A program made the translations under genes and the position numbers. Below are positions 55,315 through 64,000 of a stretch of DNA of 64,000 bases, piece after piece. Positions within the stretch are counted from its first letter, which is position 1; each line of letters starts with the position of its first letter. The stretch spans positions 1 through 64,000 of the forward strand of contig JAZDHK010000028.1 in NCBI GenBank assembly GCA_043806035.1. The letters run 5' to 3'. The notes under the pieces are model-generated. The model saw only the letters and a program-made list of their open reading frames with translations. It searched no databases and was not told the origin of the DNA. The DNA comes from an archaeon (lineage in GTDB: Archaea > Nanobdellota > Nanobdellia > Woesearchaeales > UBA9642).

Positions 55315-55839
55315 ATGGGGTTCGATTTCCGTTTTAGAAGTATAGATTCTTTGACTGATGTCAGAAAAGTTGCCGACTTCTTGGTAGTACAGGATCTTTC
55401 CTATCCTGGCTATCAGGACTGGGTGATGCGGACAGAGCATGAGCTGGCAAAAGGGTTCAAGACGGCAATCATCGCAGAAGCAAATAAACGAATAGTGGGG
55501 GATCTTGTCTACCAGCAACACAAGAGCCTGCCGAAGACTATGGAACTGAAAAACATGCGCATTCATCCTGATGTCAAGGACAGGTATTTCGCGCAGTTCA
55601 TGCTGAGGAATGCAGAGCGGGAAGCGAGGCTGCAGGGCATGGATAGGATACTCTGCGACGTCAGAGAAACGCCTGCCATGGATGACGTGCTGAACGTGCT
55701 GTTCAGGACTGGCTACAATGTCCTCTTCCGCGTCCCTCTCTACGAGAGTATGCAGGAGGAAATCGTGCTCTCCAAAGAGCTGAACAAAGCGCCGCGGCTC
55801 ATGTACAAATCAGGAGTTATTGCCCTCAACTCTTCGTAA
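55315..55839 (+). CDS. GNAT family acetyltransferase
   Basis: YPGYQDWV, IVGDLV, LKNMRIHPDVKDRYFAQFML, LF.RTGY. Confidence 0.8.
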   Translation: MGFDFRFRSIDSLTDVRKVADFLVVQDLSYPGYQDWVMRTEHELAKGFKTAIIAEANKRIVGDLVYQQHKSLPKTMELKNMRIHPDVKDRYFAQFMLRNAEREARLQGMDRILCDVRETPAMDDVLNVLFRTGYNVLFRVPLYESMQEEIVLSKELNKAPRLMYKSGVIALNSS

Positions 55840-55903
55840 ATTTTTCTTTCACACAGTCACAACATTTATAAACAAAGTAAGATGTTTCTTACCAGGTGAA
55901 AAC

Positions 55904-56169
55904 ATGATTGACATCGCCGTAACGAGAATGAGCTCGAAAGGGCAAATAGTCATCCCTGCAGAGATGCGCACTGACATCAAGGAAGGAGAAAAATTGCTGA
56001 TCATCAAGGACGAGAAAAGAATCATCATGAAACGCGCCAAGGACATTTCCAGAATTGAAGAAGACGTAATATTTGCGAAAAGAACAGAAGAAGCGTTAAA
56101 AAGACATGAACGTGGAGAAACGATACAGATGGAATTCGATGAATTCCTGAACTTACTGCGGAATCATGA
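55904..56169 (+). CDS. AbrB/MazE/SpoVT-family antitoxin (3' end apparently frameshifted)
   Basis: TRMSSKGQIVIPAEMR..IKEGEKL; as written the frame runs on to 56308 over the toxin. Confidence 0.75.
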
Positions 56170-56415
56170 CAAGAGTCGAAATCGACGAAACATTGCTGAA
56201 AATCATGGAAAAAATACACCATCAGGGACTGCGCGAACGCATCGCCAAGCACATCGAGAAACTACGAACAAATCCTCTGCTCGGAAAACCCATGCGATAT
56301 CAACGTAAAGACACTCGCGAAGTCCACATTCACCCTTACCGACTGACATATTATTATGATGTGAAAACAGACGTCATTCATTTTCTCGATCTCTACCCAC
56401 AAGGATGAACAATAA
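56166..56415 (+). CDS. RelE/ParE-family toxin (C-terminus apparently frameshifted)
   Basis: KL..NPLLGKPMRY.RK.TREVHI.PYRL.Y; removing one C at 56396-56398 gives a YHKDEQ* end. Confidence 0.75.
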
Positions 56416-56445
56416 ATTAATAAGTAGGCACTTCCAAAGAACAAC

Positions 56446-56814
56446 GTGAAAAAAACCCTCATCTTCATCAGCATCCTCGTGCTCATTCTTGCAGTCATCA
56501 CCACCTACTTTGCTTTTGACACCAACCCTGCCTGTTCCATCAGCGCAGAATGCGCACTCGCCAATGCAGGAAACGATCCCTGCCTCTGCGACACGAGCAG
56601 TTCCGATTTTGTGTGTGTCAGTCTCGCACGGAAAGCCATGCTTGACGATGCACGGCAAAAAGTGCTGTGTTCTCTCTGTCCGATTTCTGAAACGAGCTAT
56701 CGTTGTGAGTGCAGCAAAAACGCATGCGTAAAGACAAACGCATGCACGGCAGATGAGGAATGCAGGGACAAGAACTATGTCTGTAAAGATGGCGTGTGCA
56801 GAAGGTTTATATAA
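56446..56814 (+). CDS. Small Cys-rich secreted or membrane-anchored protein
   Basis: N-terminal TM, many Cys, C..DEEC....C..G.C motif. Confidence 0.65.
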   Translation: MKKTLIFISILVLILAVITTYFAFDTNPACSISAECALANAGNDPCLCDTSSSDFVCVSLARKAMLDDARQKVLCSLCPISETSYRCECSKNACVKTNACTADEECRDKNYVCKDGVCRRFI

Positions 56815-56836
56815 TGCCGCGTATTCTCCTTAACTC

Positions 56837-57295
56837 ATGAAAACCGTGCTGTTCGCGTTGTGCATTGCAAGCGTCGCCGCTGCTACAGAACCTATCGATC
56901 CTCTCGGCGAGACAATGAACTACCCAATTGATACGCTCGTCGTTGACTCCTTCCACGAACTCCCCTACCTACAATCTTTTCCCTATGAGCCAAAAACAAT
57001 CATGACCATACAAGAATATCTCGAACAACAGAACATTCATCTCGAGCAAGGTATCAATTCCTGCACTGTATACAAAGCCGCTCTTGCCTGGGCCAAAGCA
57101 CATAGTAGAGAATATCGTATCATCACAACTGATGGTAAAGAACACCTACTGGAGAACCTAGCCATACAGCCCGCCACAATGAATTATTTGCCAGGGGGAA
57201 TTCGCCAACTCGCTACTGACGGAACAATCAGCAAGTGGAATGTCGATCACGTCTATGACTGCATTCTGGACTCACTGAAAAAAGCCAAAGAGTAA
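56837..57295 (+). CDS. Hypothetical secreted protein
   Basis: MKTVLFALCIASVAAA signal peptide. Confidence 0.6.
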   Translation: MKTVLFALCIASVAAATEPIDPLGETMNYPIDTLVVDSFHELPYLQSFPYEPKTIMTIQEYLEQQNIHLEQGINSCTVYKAALAWAKAHSREYRIITTDGKEHLLENLAIQPATMNYLPGGIRQLATDGTISKWNVDHVYDCILDSLKKAKE

Positions 57296-57329
57296 ATTTA
57301 TAAAAGAATTCTCTTACCTCTGACGTACA

Positions 57330-57438
57330 GCGGGGATAGCAAAGCCTGGTCAAATGCGCAGGACTTAAGCGTAACATAGAAGCGACGCAGACATCCTGTC
57401 CCTTAGTGGGTTCGTGGGTTCGAATCCCTCTCCCCGCA
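57330..57438 (+). tRNA. tRNA-Leu(UAA) with a 23-nt intron at 37/38 (57370-57392); CCA not encoded
   Basis: Acceptor GCGGGGA/TCCCCGC+A, D loop with GG, anticodon stem CAGGA/TCCTG, CT-TAA-G, long variable arm, TTCGAAT T loop; TATA box at 57297-57304. Confidence 0.92.
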
Positions 57439-57478
57439 GCCTTTTACAAAAAGGCTGGCGAAAACGTGTGCGTTTCGC
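57437..57478 (+). terminator. Tandem hairpins directly after the tRNA
   Basis: CAGCCTTTT-ACA-AAAAGGCTG then GCGAAA..TTTCGC. Confidence 0.45.
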
Positions 57479-57510
57479 TACGCTCAAGCGTACATTGCCA
57501 AAAATTTATA

Positions 57511-58476
57511 ATGAACAATAACTTACCTCGTTCTGTGACGCTGCCAAACACATACACGCCAGCAGCTGCAGACAGCCTCCTTACCGATCTCTACGGTCTG
57601 TTTCCTGGACAGGGCAACCAGTACGTAGGCATGGGCAAGGACCTCTACGAGACGTATCCTCTGGCAAAACGAATGTATGATCTCGCTTCAGATATAACTG
57701 GGCACGACCTTACAGCAATTTCCTTCTCAGGACCGGAATCAGTACAGAAAGAGACGCTCAACACGCAGCTCATCACGTTCGTGCATTCCTGCGTCGTCCA
57801 TGCCCTCATCACCGAGCAAGGCAATCCCTTCTCTGGATTTGCAGGACATTCCATAGGAGAATATGCTGCACTCGTCGCTGTAAACAGCATAGCATACGCA
57901 ACAGGTGTCATGCTGGTGCTCAAGCGTGCAGAGCTCATGAACAAGATTTCCTTTGAGAAGCCGTCACTCGTTGCCATTCTGGGAGCGACCCTCGCCGAGT
58001 TAGAAGAGTTTTGCGACAAAACGAACGGAGCACTAACTGTTGCACTGCACAACGCTCCAAAAAAATACGTTATCGGCGGCCTGCCTGAAGCAATACAAGA
58101 ATACCTGCCGAGCATGCCTGGCAAGAAAATTCCTTTGGGCGTCTCTGGCCCATTCCACACAAAACACTACCAGCCAATAGCCGAGGAATTCATGACGTTC
58201 ATGAAGCATGTTGCATTCAAGGAACCCGTGCTTCCCGTATACGCGAACGCCACGGCACAACCGCACACGCAATCGAACATTGCAGAGACGCTCGCCGAAC
58301 AGCTCTACCGTCCCGTGCTGTGGGAGGAAACCATGCGCAACATGCAGGGAGATTTCTTGGAGATGGGTCCCGGCAACTCACTCTCGAAATTCGCTAAAGA
58401 TGTGCACGGAGAAGTTCTCATGCTGAACGCCCATGACCAAGCGACTGTGGAAAAAGCAAAGCAATACGTATTCTAA
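57511..58476 (+). CDS. fabD: Malonyl-CoA:ACP transacylase
   Basis: LFPGQGNQYVGMGKDL, T.NTQ, AGHSIGEY, R..LM, L.VSGPFH, QL.RPV.W, EMGPG. Confidence 0.92.
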   Translation: MNNNLPRSVTLPNTYTPAAADSLLTDLYGLFPGQGNQYVGMGKDLYETYPLAKRMYDLASDITGHDLTAISFSGPESVQKETLNTQLITFVHSCVVHALITEQGNPFSGFAGHSIGEYAALVAVNSIAYATGVMLVLKRAELMNKISFEKPSLVAILGATLAELEEFCDKTNGALTVALHNAPKKYVIGGLPEAIQEYLPSMPGKKIPLGVSGPFHTKHYQPIAEEFMTFMKHVAFKEPVLPVYANATAQPHTQSNIAETLAEQLYRPVLWEETMRNMQGDFLEMGPGNSLSKFAKDVHGEVLMLNAHDQATVEKAKQYVF

Positions 58477-58593
58477 GCAGGTCATTGCAGCACAAACACA
58501 AGAGCGACACGGATTGACTACAAAACACGCCATGCCTCTATGCTCAACAGTCGTGCACTGCTCAATGCGTACGTACACTTAATGACGAAAATG

Positions 58594-59217
58594 CTATCGC
58601 ATCACCCCCAGCAGCAGCACGGAATCGCCGGCTGCAAAATCTAGCTTGAGCTGTTCTCTGAAAAATTCATAATCTCCGGCGTGGTAGGGGATACAATCAT
58701 AGAGCGAAACACCATACGTTCCTCTTCCCACGAATGTTTCCTCATCAAAATCACGCATATGCAGATGATCTCGTGCAAGAATTCTCCCGATGGTCTTGAT
58801 ATCCGAGGGAATGTCTCTGCCATCAGGATAGAGTTTCTTGACGAGTTTCTTTCGCGCGGCATACACGACAGGATTTTGCGTCCTGCCCGCAAAGATGTCA
58901 CATGTTGAAGGTATGACTTGCCTGTTGACTTTTCCGAAGAGACCCTTGCCCTGGTATGCAGGACGGAGTACCATGCCGCTCAAATACAGCACGTTCTTTC
59001 CCTCAATGACGTAGAGGTCATATGAAGAGAAACCTATTGTTTCTCCCTCTTGCTCGATGAGGTACAGATCCTGCACGTCGAGAACGTGCCGTTCCACGTC
59101 CTCGCTTGTTATCTTCGTCCCAAACCCTTCCTGCGCTATCGTTGTTAGCACACGAACCAATTGCTGTTTTCGTTCACGTGCTACAGCCTGTGGTCTATTG
59201 ATGTGTCGTAATTGCAT
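58594..59217 (-). CDS. GNAT-fold protein
   Basis: IGFSS, VLYLSGMVLRPAYQGKGL, RTQNPVVY; AGGTGA RBS. Confidence 0.75.
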   Translation of the reverse strand: MQLRHINRPQAVARERKQQLVRVLTTIAQEGFGTKITSEDVERHVLDVQDLYLIEQEGETIGFSSYDLYVIEGKNVLYLSGMVLRPAYQGKGLFGKVNRQVIPSTCDIFAGRTQNPVVYAARKKLVKKLYPDGRDIPSDIKTIGRILARDHLHMRDFDEETFVGRGTYGVSLYDCIPYHAGDYEFFREQLKLDFAAGDSVLLLGVMR

Positions 59218-59481
59218 AGTTTCACCTATTCTCAAGTGTATTCGTTGCTTGCAGAACTATCTAGAACCGCCAATGACAGAAGTAAATCGCTGCCGAACGC
59301 CGTAATGGACGAGCAGTACATCTAGAACGAAATGCTGCATTGCCAAAGACAATCACTCGTCATGCAGCGTGGAATGGCAAGGTAGTATTTATACCTTTCT
59401 CTCAAAAAATAAGGCAATCTCCGAAAAAAAACTACATAAACTATAAATATATCCCTCGCTTACCTCTAGAGGGGTGATACC

Positions 59482-59901
59482 ATGAAAAGCATAACAAGGC
59501 GGCCTTTGGATCAGGCGATAGAAGAATTCATGAGAGACCCTCTGGGGTTAGGCAGGCATTTCCTCGGCATGTACTCGCCCATCCAGGAAGAGTTCAGCGA
59601 AACAGACAATGCCTACACGCTGAAAGTGACCCTGCCTGGCGTGAAGCAGGAAGACATCAAAGTCACGCAGACAGGAGACTATTTGCGGATCAGCGCACAC
59701 GGCAGACAAGAAGAGAAGAAGGAAGAAAAAACATACCACACCACGCGTATCGAGGAAATCACGTACGAGCGAACGTGGGATTTGCCGAAGGGCGTGACGA
59801 GCATCAAGCCGCTCTACGAGAATGGCTTACTGACGGTGACTATAGAAAAGCCGAAAGCGCAGCAATCCGACGAGAAAGAAATTCCCATTGAAAAAAATTA
59901 G
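59482..59901 (+). CDS. Hsp20/alpha-crystallin small heat shock protein
   Basis: LPGVKQEDIKV, YERTWDLP, YENGLLTVTIEK, IPI tail. Confidence 0.92.
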   Translation: MKSITRRPLDQAIEEFMRDPLGLGRHFLGMYSPIQEEFSETDNAYTLKVTLPGVKQEDIKVTQTGDYLRISAHGRQEEKKEEKTYHTTRIEEITYERTWDLPKGVTSIKPLYENGLLTVTIEKPKAQQSDEKEIPIEKN

Positions 59902-60512
59902 AGATAGAACTTGCCCGTGCTGCGCATCGTTTCATCGGATGTGCTCTTCCTCAGCACGTCCAGATTCTCATAGATGATGGCATCGTCCTTGTACATGCGC
60001 ACGATCGCAGATACCTCACAGAGGAAGGGAATGCCAAACGTTACTCGCGCATCACACTTTAAGGAAATGCTCTGCAATGGATCAATCCGTTCAACGAGAC
60101 CGTCACACATCACGAGCTGATCGTGCCTGAATAGTTTCTCCCTGACAACAACGTGCTGGTTGAGCAAAGCGTGCACGATGTATTCTTCGTCTGCAGTCTC
60201 CTTTCCTTTCTTCTCGATCTTTGCATGGTGTGTTCCTTGTTGCCGGAGGGAAGCCTGCGATGCTTCGGGAACGCCTTTCCACTGATAGGAGTTCATGATT
60301 GCGTCCTCGTTGCTATACAGCAGGAAATCTTCCATGTCCTGAATGCCGAGAATGCCTTGGCTGAATCCAGCGTAGGGAATGTAGGAGTCCTGTCCTTCCA
60401 TGAACAACCGTTCCGCATCTGCCTTCATCACCAATCCCTTGAGGACGAGCGGTTGCTCCTTCATGCAGTGCTTGACGCGAACCGTGAGATATTTTCCGAC
60501 AAGATCGTCCAC
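59898..60512 (-). CDS. Hypothetical protein made of two tandem copies of one domain
   Basis: L...(K/Q)...VR.K..G.V...D..IP(Y/F)....I......Y.N.D pattern occurs twice. Confidence 0.65.
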   Translation of the reverse strand: MDDLVGKYLTVRVKHCMKEQPLVLKGLVMKADAERLFMEGQDSYIPYAGFSQGILGIQDMEDFLLYSNEDAIMNSYQWKGVPEASQASLRQQGTHHAKIEKKGKETADEEYIVHALLNQHVVVREKLFRHDQLVMCDGLVERIDPLQSISLKCDARVTFGIPFLCEVSAIVRMYKDDAIIYENLDVLRKSTSDETMRSTGKFYL

Positions 60513-60564
60513 ACGACCACCCCCCTGCGCAGAGGGAGAAAGGACAATTATTTAAGGGTTTCGT

Positions 60565-61959
60565 TCATACGACGTGCACTTTCAGCAGGTTCGTGATGCC
60601 CTGTTCAGAGAACGGAATGCCTGCAGCGACGATTACTGTTTTTCCCTGCTGCACAAGCCCTTTTTGATGGATGACGGCAACTGCTTTTTCTATGAGATCG
60701 TCCGTGTCTTCCGGCATGGCCATGGCGAGCGGATGCACACCCCACCACAGATTGAGGCGTCGCAATTCGGTCTCGTTCGGTGTGAGTGCAAAAATGGTTG
60801 TCTTCGGCCTGTACTGGGAAATGATTTTAGCCGTACTTCCTGAAAACGTGCAGGTAATGATGGCGCTTGCATTGACGTCGTGCGCAGCCTGACAGACCGC
60901 CCTGCCAATAGCTTGCTGTACCGTCAGGTTGTGTCCGTGCGAAAAGCCATGAAACTCCATCTCTTTCTCTGCCTGCTCTGCAATCCTGCACATGACTTCT
61001 AAAGCGCGCAAGGGGAAGAGGCCTGCCGCAGTCTCTCCCGACAGCATGAGACAGTCAGCCCCATCAAAGACGGCATTGGCAATATCCGTTATTTCTGCAC
61101 GCGTCGGCCGAGGATTCTTGATCATGCTCTCGAGCATCTGTGTTGCGACGATGACGGGCTTGCCTGCTGCATTGCATTTTTTGATGATCATCTTCTGCAT
61201 GTGCGGCAGCTGCTCAATCTCCAGGCTCACGCCTAAATCCCCCCGTGCAACCATGATGCCGTCGGCAACTGCAATGATGGCGTCGATGTTCGCAATGGCC
61301 TGCTCGCTTTCTATCTTCGCAAGGACAGGTATGTCTGCGTTGCTCTGTGCGATGAATTCTTTCAGGACGAGAACGTCGTTCGCCTGTCGTACAAAGCTTT
61401 GCGCGATGAAGTCGACACCGTGCTGTATGCCGAAGAGCACGTCCTCCTTGTCTTTTTCAGTGATTGCGGGCAGGTCGATGATGGCGTGCGGGATATTGAC
61501 GTTCTTCTTTGAATTGACTTCCCCTCCTTCGATGACTTCGCAAATGACATCAGCATCCTTGATGTCCTTGACGTGTAATTCGATGAGGCCGTCGGCAATG
61601 TATATCCTGTCCTGCGGTTTCACTGAAGAAGGGAGGTTCTTGTACGTGACGCTCATGATCTTGTCATCACAAGGAACGTCCCTAGTAGTGAGTACGATCT
61701 GTTGGCCTCGAACGAGCGTTTTCTTCTCTGAAAAAATGCCGAGCCTGATGAGCGGGCCTTGGATGTCCTGCAGGATGGCCAAGGGGATGTCCAGCTTCTT
61801 GTTGAGTTCCTTGATCAGAAGTATCTTCTTGAGATGATCGTCGTGCGTTCCGTGGCTGAAGTTCAACCTAACAACGTCCATGCCAAGTTTCGCCAAGTTT
61901 TCAATAATCTCTGGAGTGTCGCTTGCGGGCCCTATCGTGCAGATGGTTTTGGTGCGCAT
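60565..61959 (-). CDS. pyk: Pyruvate kinase
   Basis: TKTICTIGPAS, RLNFSHG, AKIES, MVARGDLG, ATQMLESM..PRPTRAE, MLSGETA. Confidence 0.98.
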   Translation of the reverse strand: MRTKTICTIGPASDTPEIIENLAKLGMDVVRLNFSHGTHDDHLKKILLIKELNKKLDIPLAILQDIQGPLIRLGIFSEKKTLVRGQQIVLTTRDVPCDDKIMSVTYKNLPSSVKPQDRIYIADGLIELHVKDIKDADVICEVIEGGEVNSKKNVNIPHAIIDLPAITEKDKEDVLFGIQHGVDFIAQSFVRQANDVLVLKEFIAQSNADIPVLAKIESEQAIANIDAIIAVADGIMVARGDLGVSLEIEQLPHMQKMIIKKCNAAGKPVIVATQMLESMIKNPRPTRAEITDIANAVFDGADCLMLSGETAAGLFPLRALEVMCRIAEQAEKEMEFHGFSHGHNLTVQQAIGRAVCQAAHDVNASAIITCTFSGSTAKIISQYRPKTTIFALTPNETELRRLNLWWGVHPLAMAMPEDTDDLIEKAVAVIHQKGLVQQGKTVIVAAGIPFSEQGITNLLKVHVV

Positions 61960-62057
61960 GCATTCTCTGAAATCTGCATGTTTTTAAACGTATTGAAAAG
62001 TAGGGCTCTTAGGCAAATGAATATAAACCAACACTTTCGTGTGGGTTGCTAACGCCT

Positions 62058-63302
62058 TCACGCAATTCCTGGGAGACTATTCGTGGAGAATTCTTCAAAT
62101 GTTTGTGCAATAATATCTTCTGGACTATCGTACGTTTTTGTCGTCGTTACCAGTTTGAGCATGAATTGCCTGTGTTTTTTCTTGAATTCTCGCAATCCGT
62201 CATATTCCCGTTCAGGAATCTCTTTTGCAATTGTCGCGTTCACCGCTTGTTTGTCGAATACAAAATCGACTTCGCTGTTCTCGCGCCAATACATGATCTG
62301 TTTATGGGCACCGCTTATCGTAATAGCTATGGCGTTCTCGAATCGTTTCCCTTCGTTCTTTGAAAAATTGCTAGAGAGTTGCATAAAGCCGTTGTCTGCA
62401 ATGTAATATTTTGGTTGGGTTGCTTTGTCGAAACGTTTTTTTAGAGAATAGGAAAAATGATCGACCCGGAGAATGACATATGCTTCTACCAAGTAGCTGA
62501 GATACAAATCAACTGTCTTGTTATCGATTCCTATAGCGTCTGAGAGCTTGTTGATGCTAAATGGTGTGCCGCAGTTCTCGATGATGAATTTCGCAAGCTT
62601 GAGGAACTCTTGGACATTACGGATGCTGTGCCGGTTGATGATGTCTTTATAGATTGTATCATCAAAATATTGCTGCAGAATCCGCTTTTTTTTGGAAATG
62701 TCTTTTTCCAGAACTACTTCGGGAAATCCACCAAATGAAAGATACTCCTCTACGTGCGGTTCTAATGTGAAGGTCTTATATTCGAGGTAATTCAGTGGCC
62801 TGATTTCGATGGTGAGATTTCTCCCGGTGAGCAGGGTTGAAAGATCCTGTGAAAGAAGGGACGCGTTTGATCCTGAGATGATAAACTTGATGGCTGTCTG
62901 TTGGTCATACTTCGTTCTGATGAAGCGCTCCCATTCTGGCAGGAGTTGAATTTCATCGATGAAGAAAAAAATTTTCCCTTGAGAATGAAAGTTCTCTTCA
63001 TGGACCTCAAGAACTCTCTCAAGTAGCTTTAGATTGAGAGAATCTTTTAGGCGGTAGTCTTCAAGGTTCAAGTAGATAATCTGTTCTTTTCTTACGTTTT
63101 GCTGGACTAGTCGTTTCATCAGCTGGCGCATGATTGTCGATTTGCCTGAGCGCCGAATCCCTTTGAGTATAAGCACTTCTTTTCGAGTGATTAATGGTGA
63201 GATCTGCTGGACATATGCTGAGCGATCTATTCCTGTTTCTAGGTCATGCTCCCACAGATTCCATTCCTTTAGAATGATTAGAAGCTCTTGGTCGGATATC
63301 AT
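62058..63302 (-). CDS. AAA_14 + DUF4143 ATP-binding protein
   Basis: GIRRSGKST, FIDEIQ, ISGSNA, LTGR, GGFPEV, K.Y.AD.G, ENA, EVDF. Confidence 0.92.
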   Translation of the reverse strand: MISDQELLIILKEWNLWEHDLETGIDRSAYVQQISPLITRKEVLILKGIRRSGKSTIMRQLMKRLVQQNVRKEQIIYLNLEDYRLKDSLNLKLLERVLEVHEENFHSQGKIFFFIDEIQLLPEWERFIRTKYDQQTAIKFIISGSNASLLSQDLSTLLTGRNLTIEIRPLNYLEYKTFTLEPHVEEYLSFGGFPEVVLEKDISKKKRILQQYFDDTIYKDIINRHSIRNVQEFLKLAKFIIENCGTPFSINKLSDAIGIDNKTVDLYLSYLVEAYVILRVDHFSYSLKKRFDKATQPKYYIADNGFMQLSSNFSKNEGKRFENAIAITISGAHKQIMYWRENSEVDFVFDKQAVNATIAKEIPEREYDGLREFKKKHRQFMLKLVTTTKTYDSPEDIIAQTFEEFSTNSLPGIA

Positions 63303-63438
63303 AAGAATGATAAAGATAAAACTATTTAAATAACTTTCGATTTTATTCCAAACTTTTATATGTGTTTTGATTAATTTCTGTTTTCATTTATAAAAGGTTT
63401 GATTAGATGAACTAGTGGTGAATGCAATGCACACTCTA

Positions 63439-64000
63439 TGTGTTATCCTGACATTATTTGACCTCGCTGTTGTTTTTTGCTTTGTCATATTTAAACCTCT
63501 GCCTTTTTCTTGCGTTCGAATGCCTGACTGGGCGTCTCGAGGACTGCCCAGTTCAGGCTGCGGTGTGGCCTGATATTGTTGTACCAGTCAAGAAAATCCT
63601 TAAGAGTGGTGAACGCATCTCGGAGGTTCTCATAGGTGTCAAACCACTTCTCGACTTTGCCATTGGTCTGCGGATGTTTGATTCGAGCAAGAATTTGCTG
63701 GGTGCCATGAGCATCCAGCAGTGCTACGAACTTACTTTCACCGTCGTTGTTCGAGGTAAATTGAGAGCCATGATCACTGATGCACTGCTTAATGTGCCCG
63801 TAGGTGTATGCTTGGAGCATAGCTCGCAATGTAACCTCGCCTGAAGGGCTGTCCTCTTCAAGGGCCACTAGCAGCATCCTGCTTGCGTCATCAATGATGG
63901 CACAGCATCATCGTCCAGCATTCGGGCGCTGGTGCCAGTCAATATGCACAGCAGTCAAGCTGTGCTGACGCTCGTACCAATTCCATTTGATCTTGCGTTT
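63439..64000 (-). mobile_element. IS481-family insertion sequence, 3' part (continues beyond the window)
   Basis: DDE transposase remnant; putative terminal inverted repeat starting TGT at about 63439-63441, 50 nt past the stop. Confidence 0.7.
63491..64000 (-). pseudogene. IS481-family integrase-core transposase with an in-frame TGA
   Basis: YERQHS..HIDW..GR*CCAIIDDASR..SDHGSQF..HPQTNGKVEK..YN..RPHRSL; TGA at 63908-63910. Confidence 0.8.

Noticed and set aside
57406-57510. N-terminal extension of FabD in the ORF track
   Set aside because: Overlaps the tRNA and its downstream hairpins; the real start is at or after 57511
58480-58590. Possible structured RNA between fabD and the GNAT gene
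   Set aside because: Only short 5-6 bp complementarities; not distinguishable from chance
60992-61837. 281-aa + strand ORF
   Set aside because: Antisense shadow of pyk with no motifs; typical of codon-biased genes
63908-63910. Possible TGA recoding (genetic code 4/25 or selenocysteine)
   Set aside because: TGA terminates many intact genes here (pyrG, purM, TPM); this is a single case in a transposase

Overview
Archaeal chromosomal DNA: uL16/L10e, Rpo11, an intron-containing tRNA-Leu(UAA), TATA boxes about 25 nt before many starts and class III signal-peptide pilins. The gene content and style fit a DPANN lineage, most likely Woesearchaeota (inference). It holds a ~12 kb Tad/type IV pilus locus whose two major pilin paralogs are bracketed by RHH-RelE toxin-antitoxin pairs, two giant surface proteins, and housekeeping genes (pyrG, drg, rpoL, metG, trxA, pyk, hsp20). 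It also carries transporters (EamA, PiT+DUF47, K+ channel, ZIP with a Fur-family regulator and Fur-box-like site, CPA antiporter), a TPM-NTase-like-LemA operon and a decayed IS481 at the right edge. Most interesting leads: (1) an AT-rich ~370 bp intergenic region with a dif-like 11-6-11 site and a local strand-composition flip, surrounded by a serine recombinase, a PadR-type wHTH with a basic tail and a coiled-coil-wHTH gene, a candidate replication terminus/segregation locus; (2) two kinase-fold proteins whose catalytic loop reads HNH instead of HxD; (3) a KamA-like radical SAM enzyme apparently lacking the PLP lysine; (4) an ASCH+GNAT pair; (5) an orphan bacterial-type FabD behind the tRNA. 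All calls come from reading motifs by eye; no searches were run.
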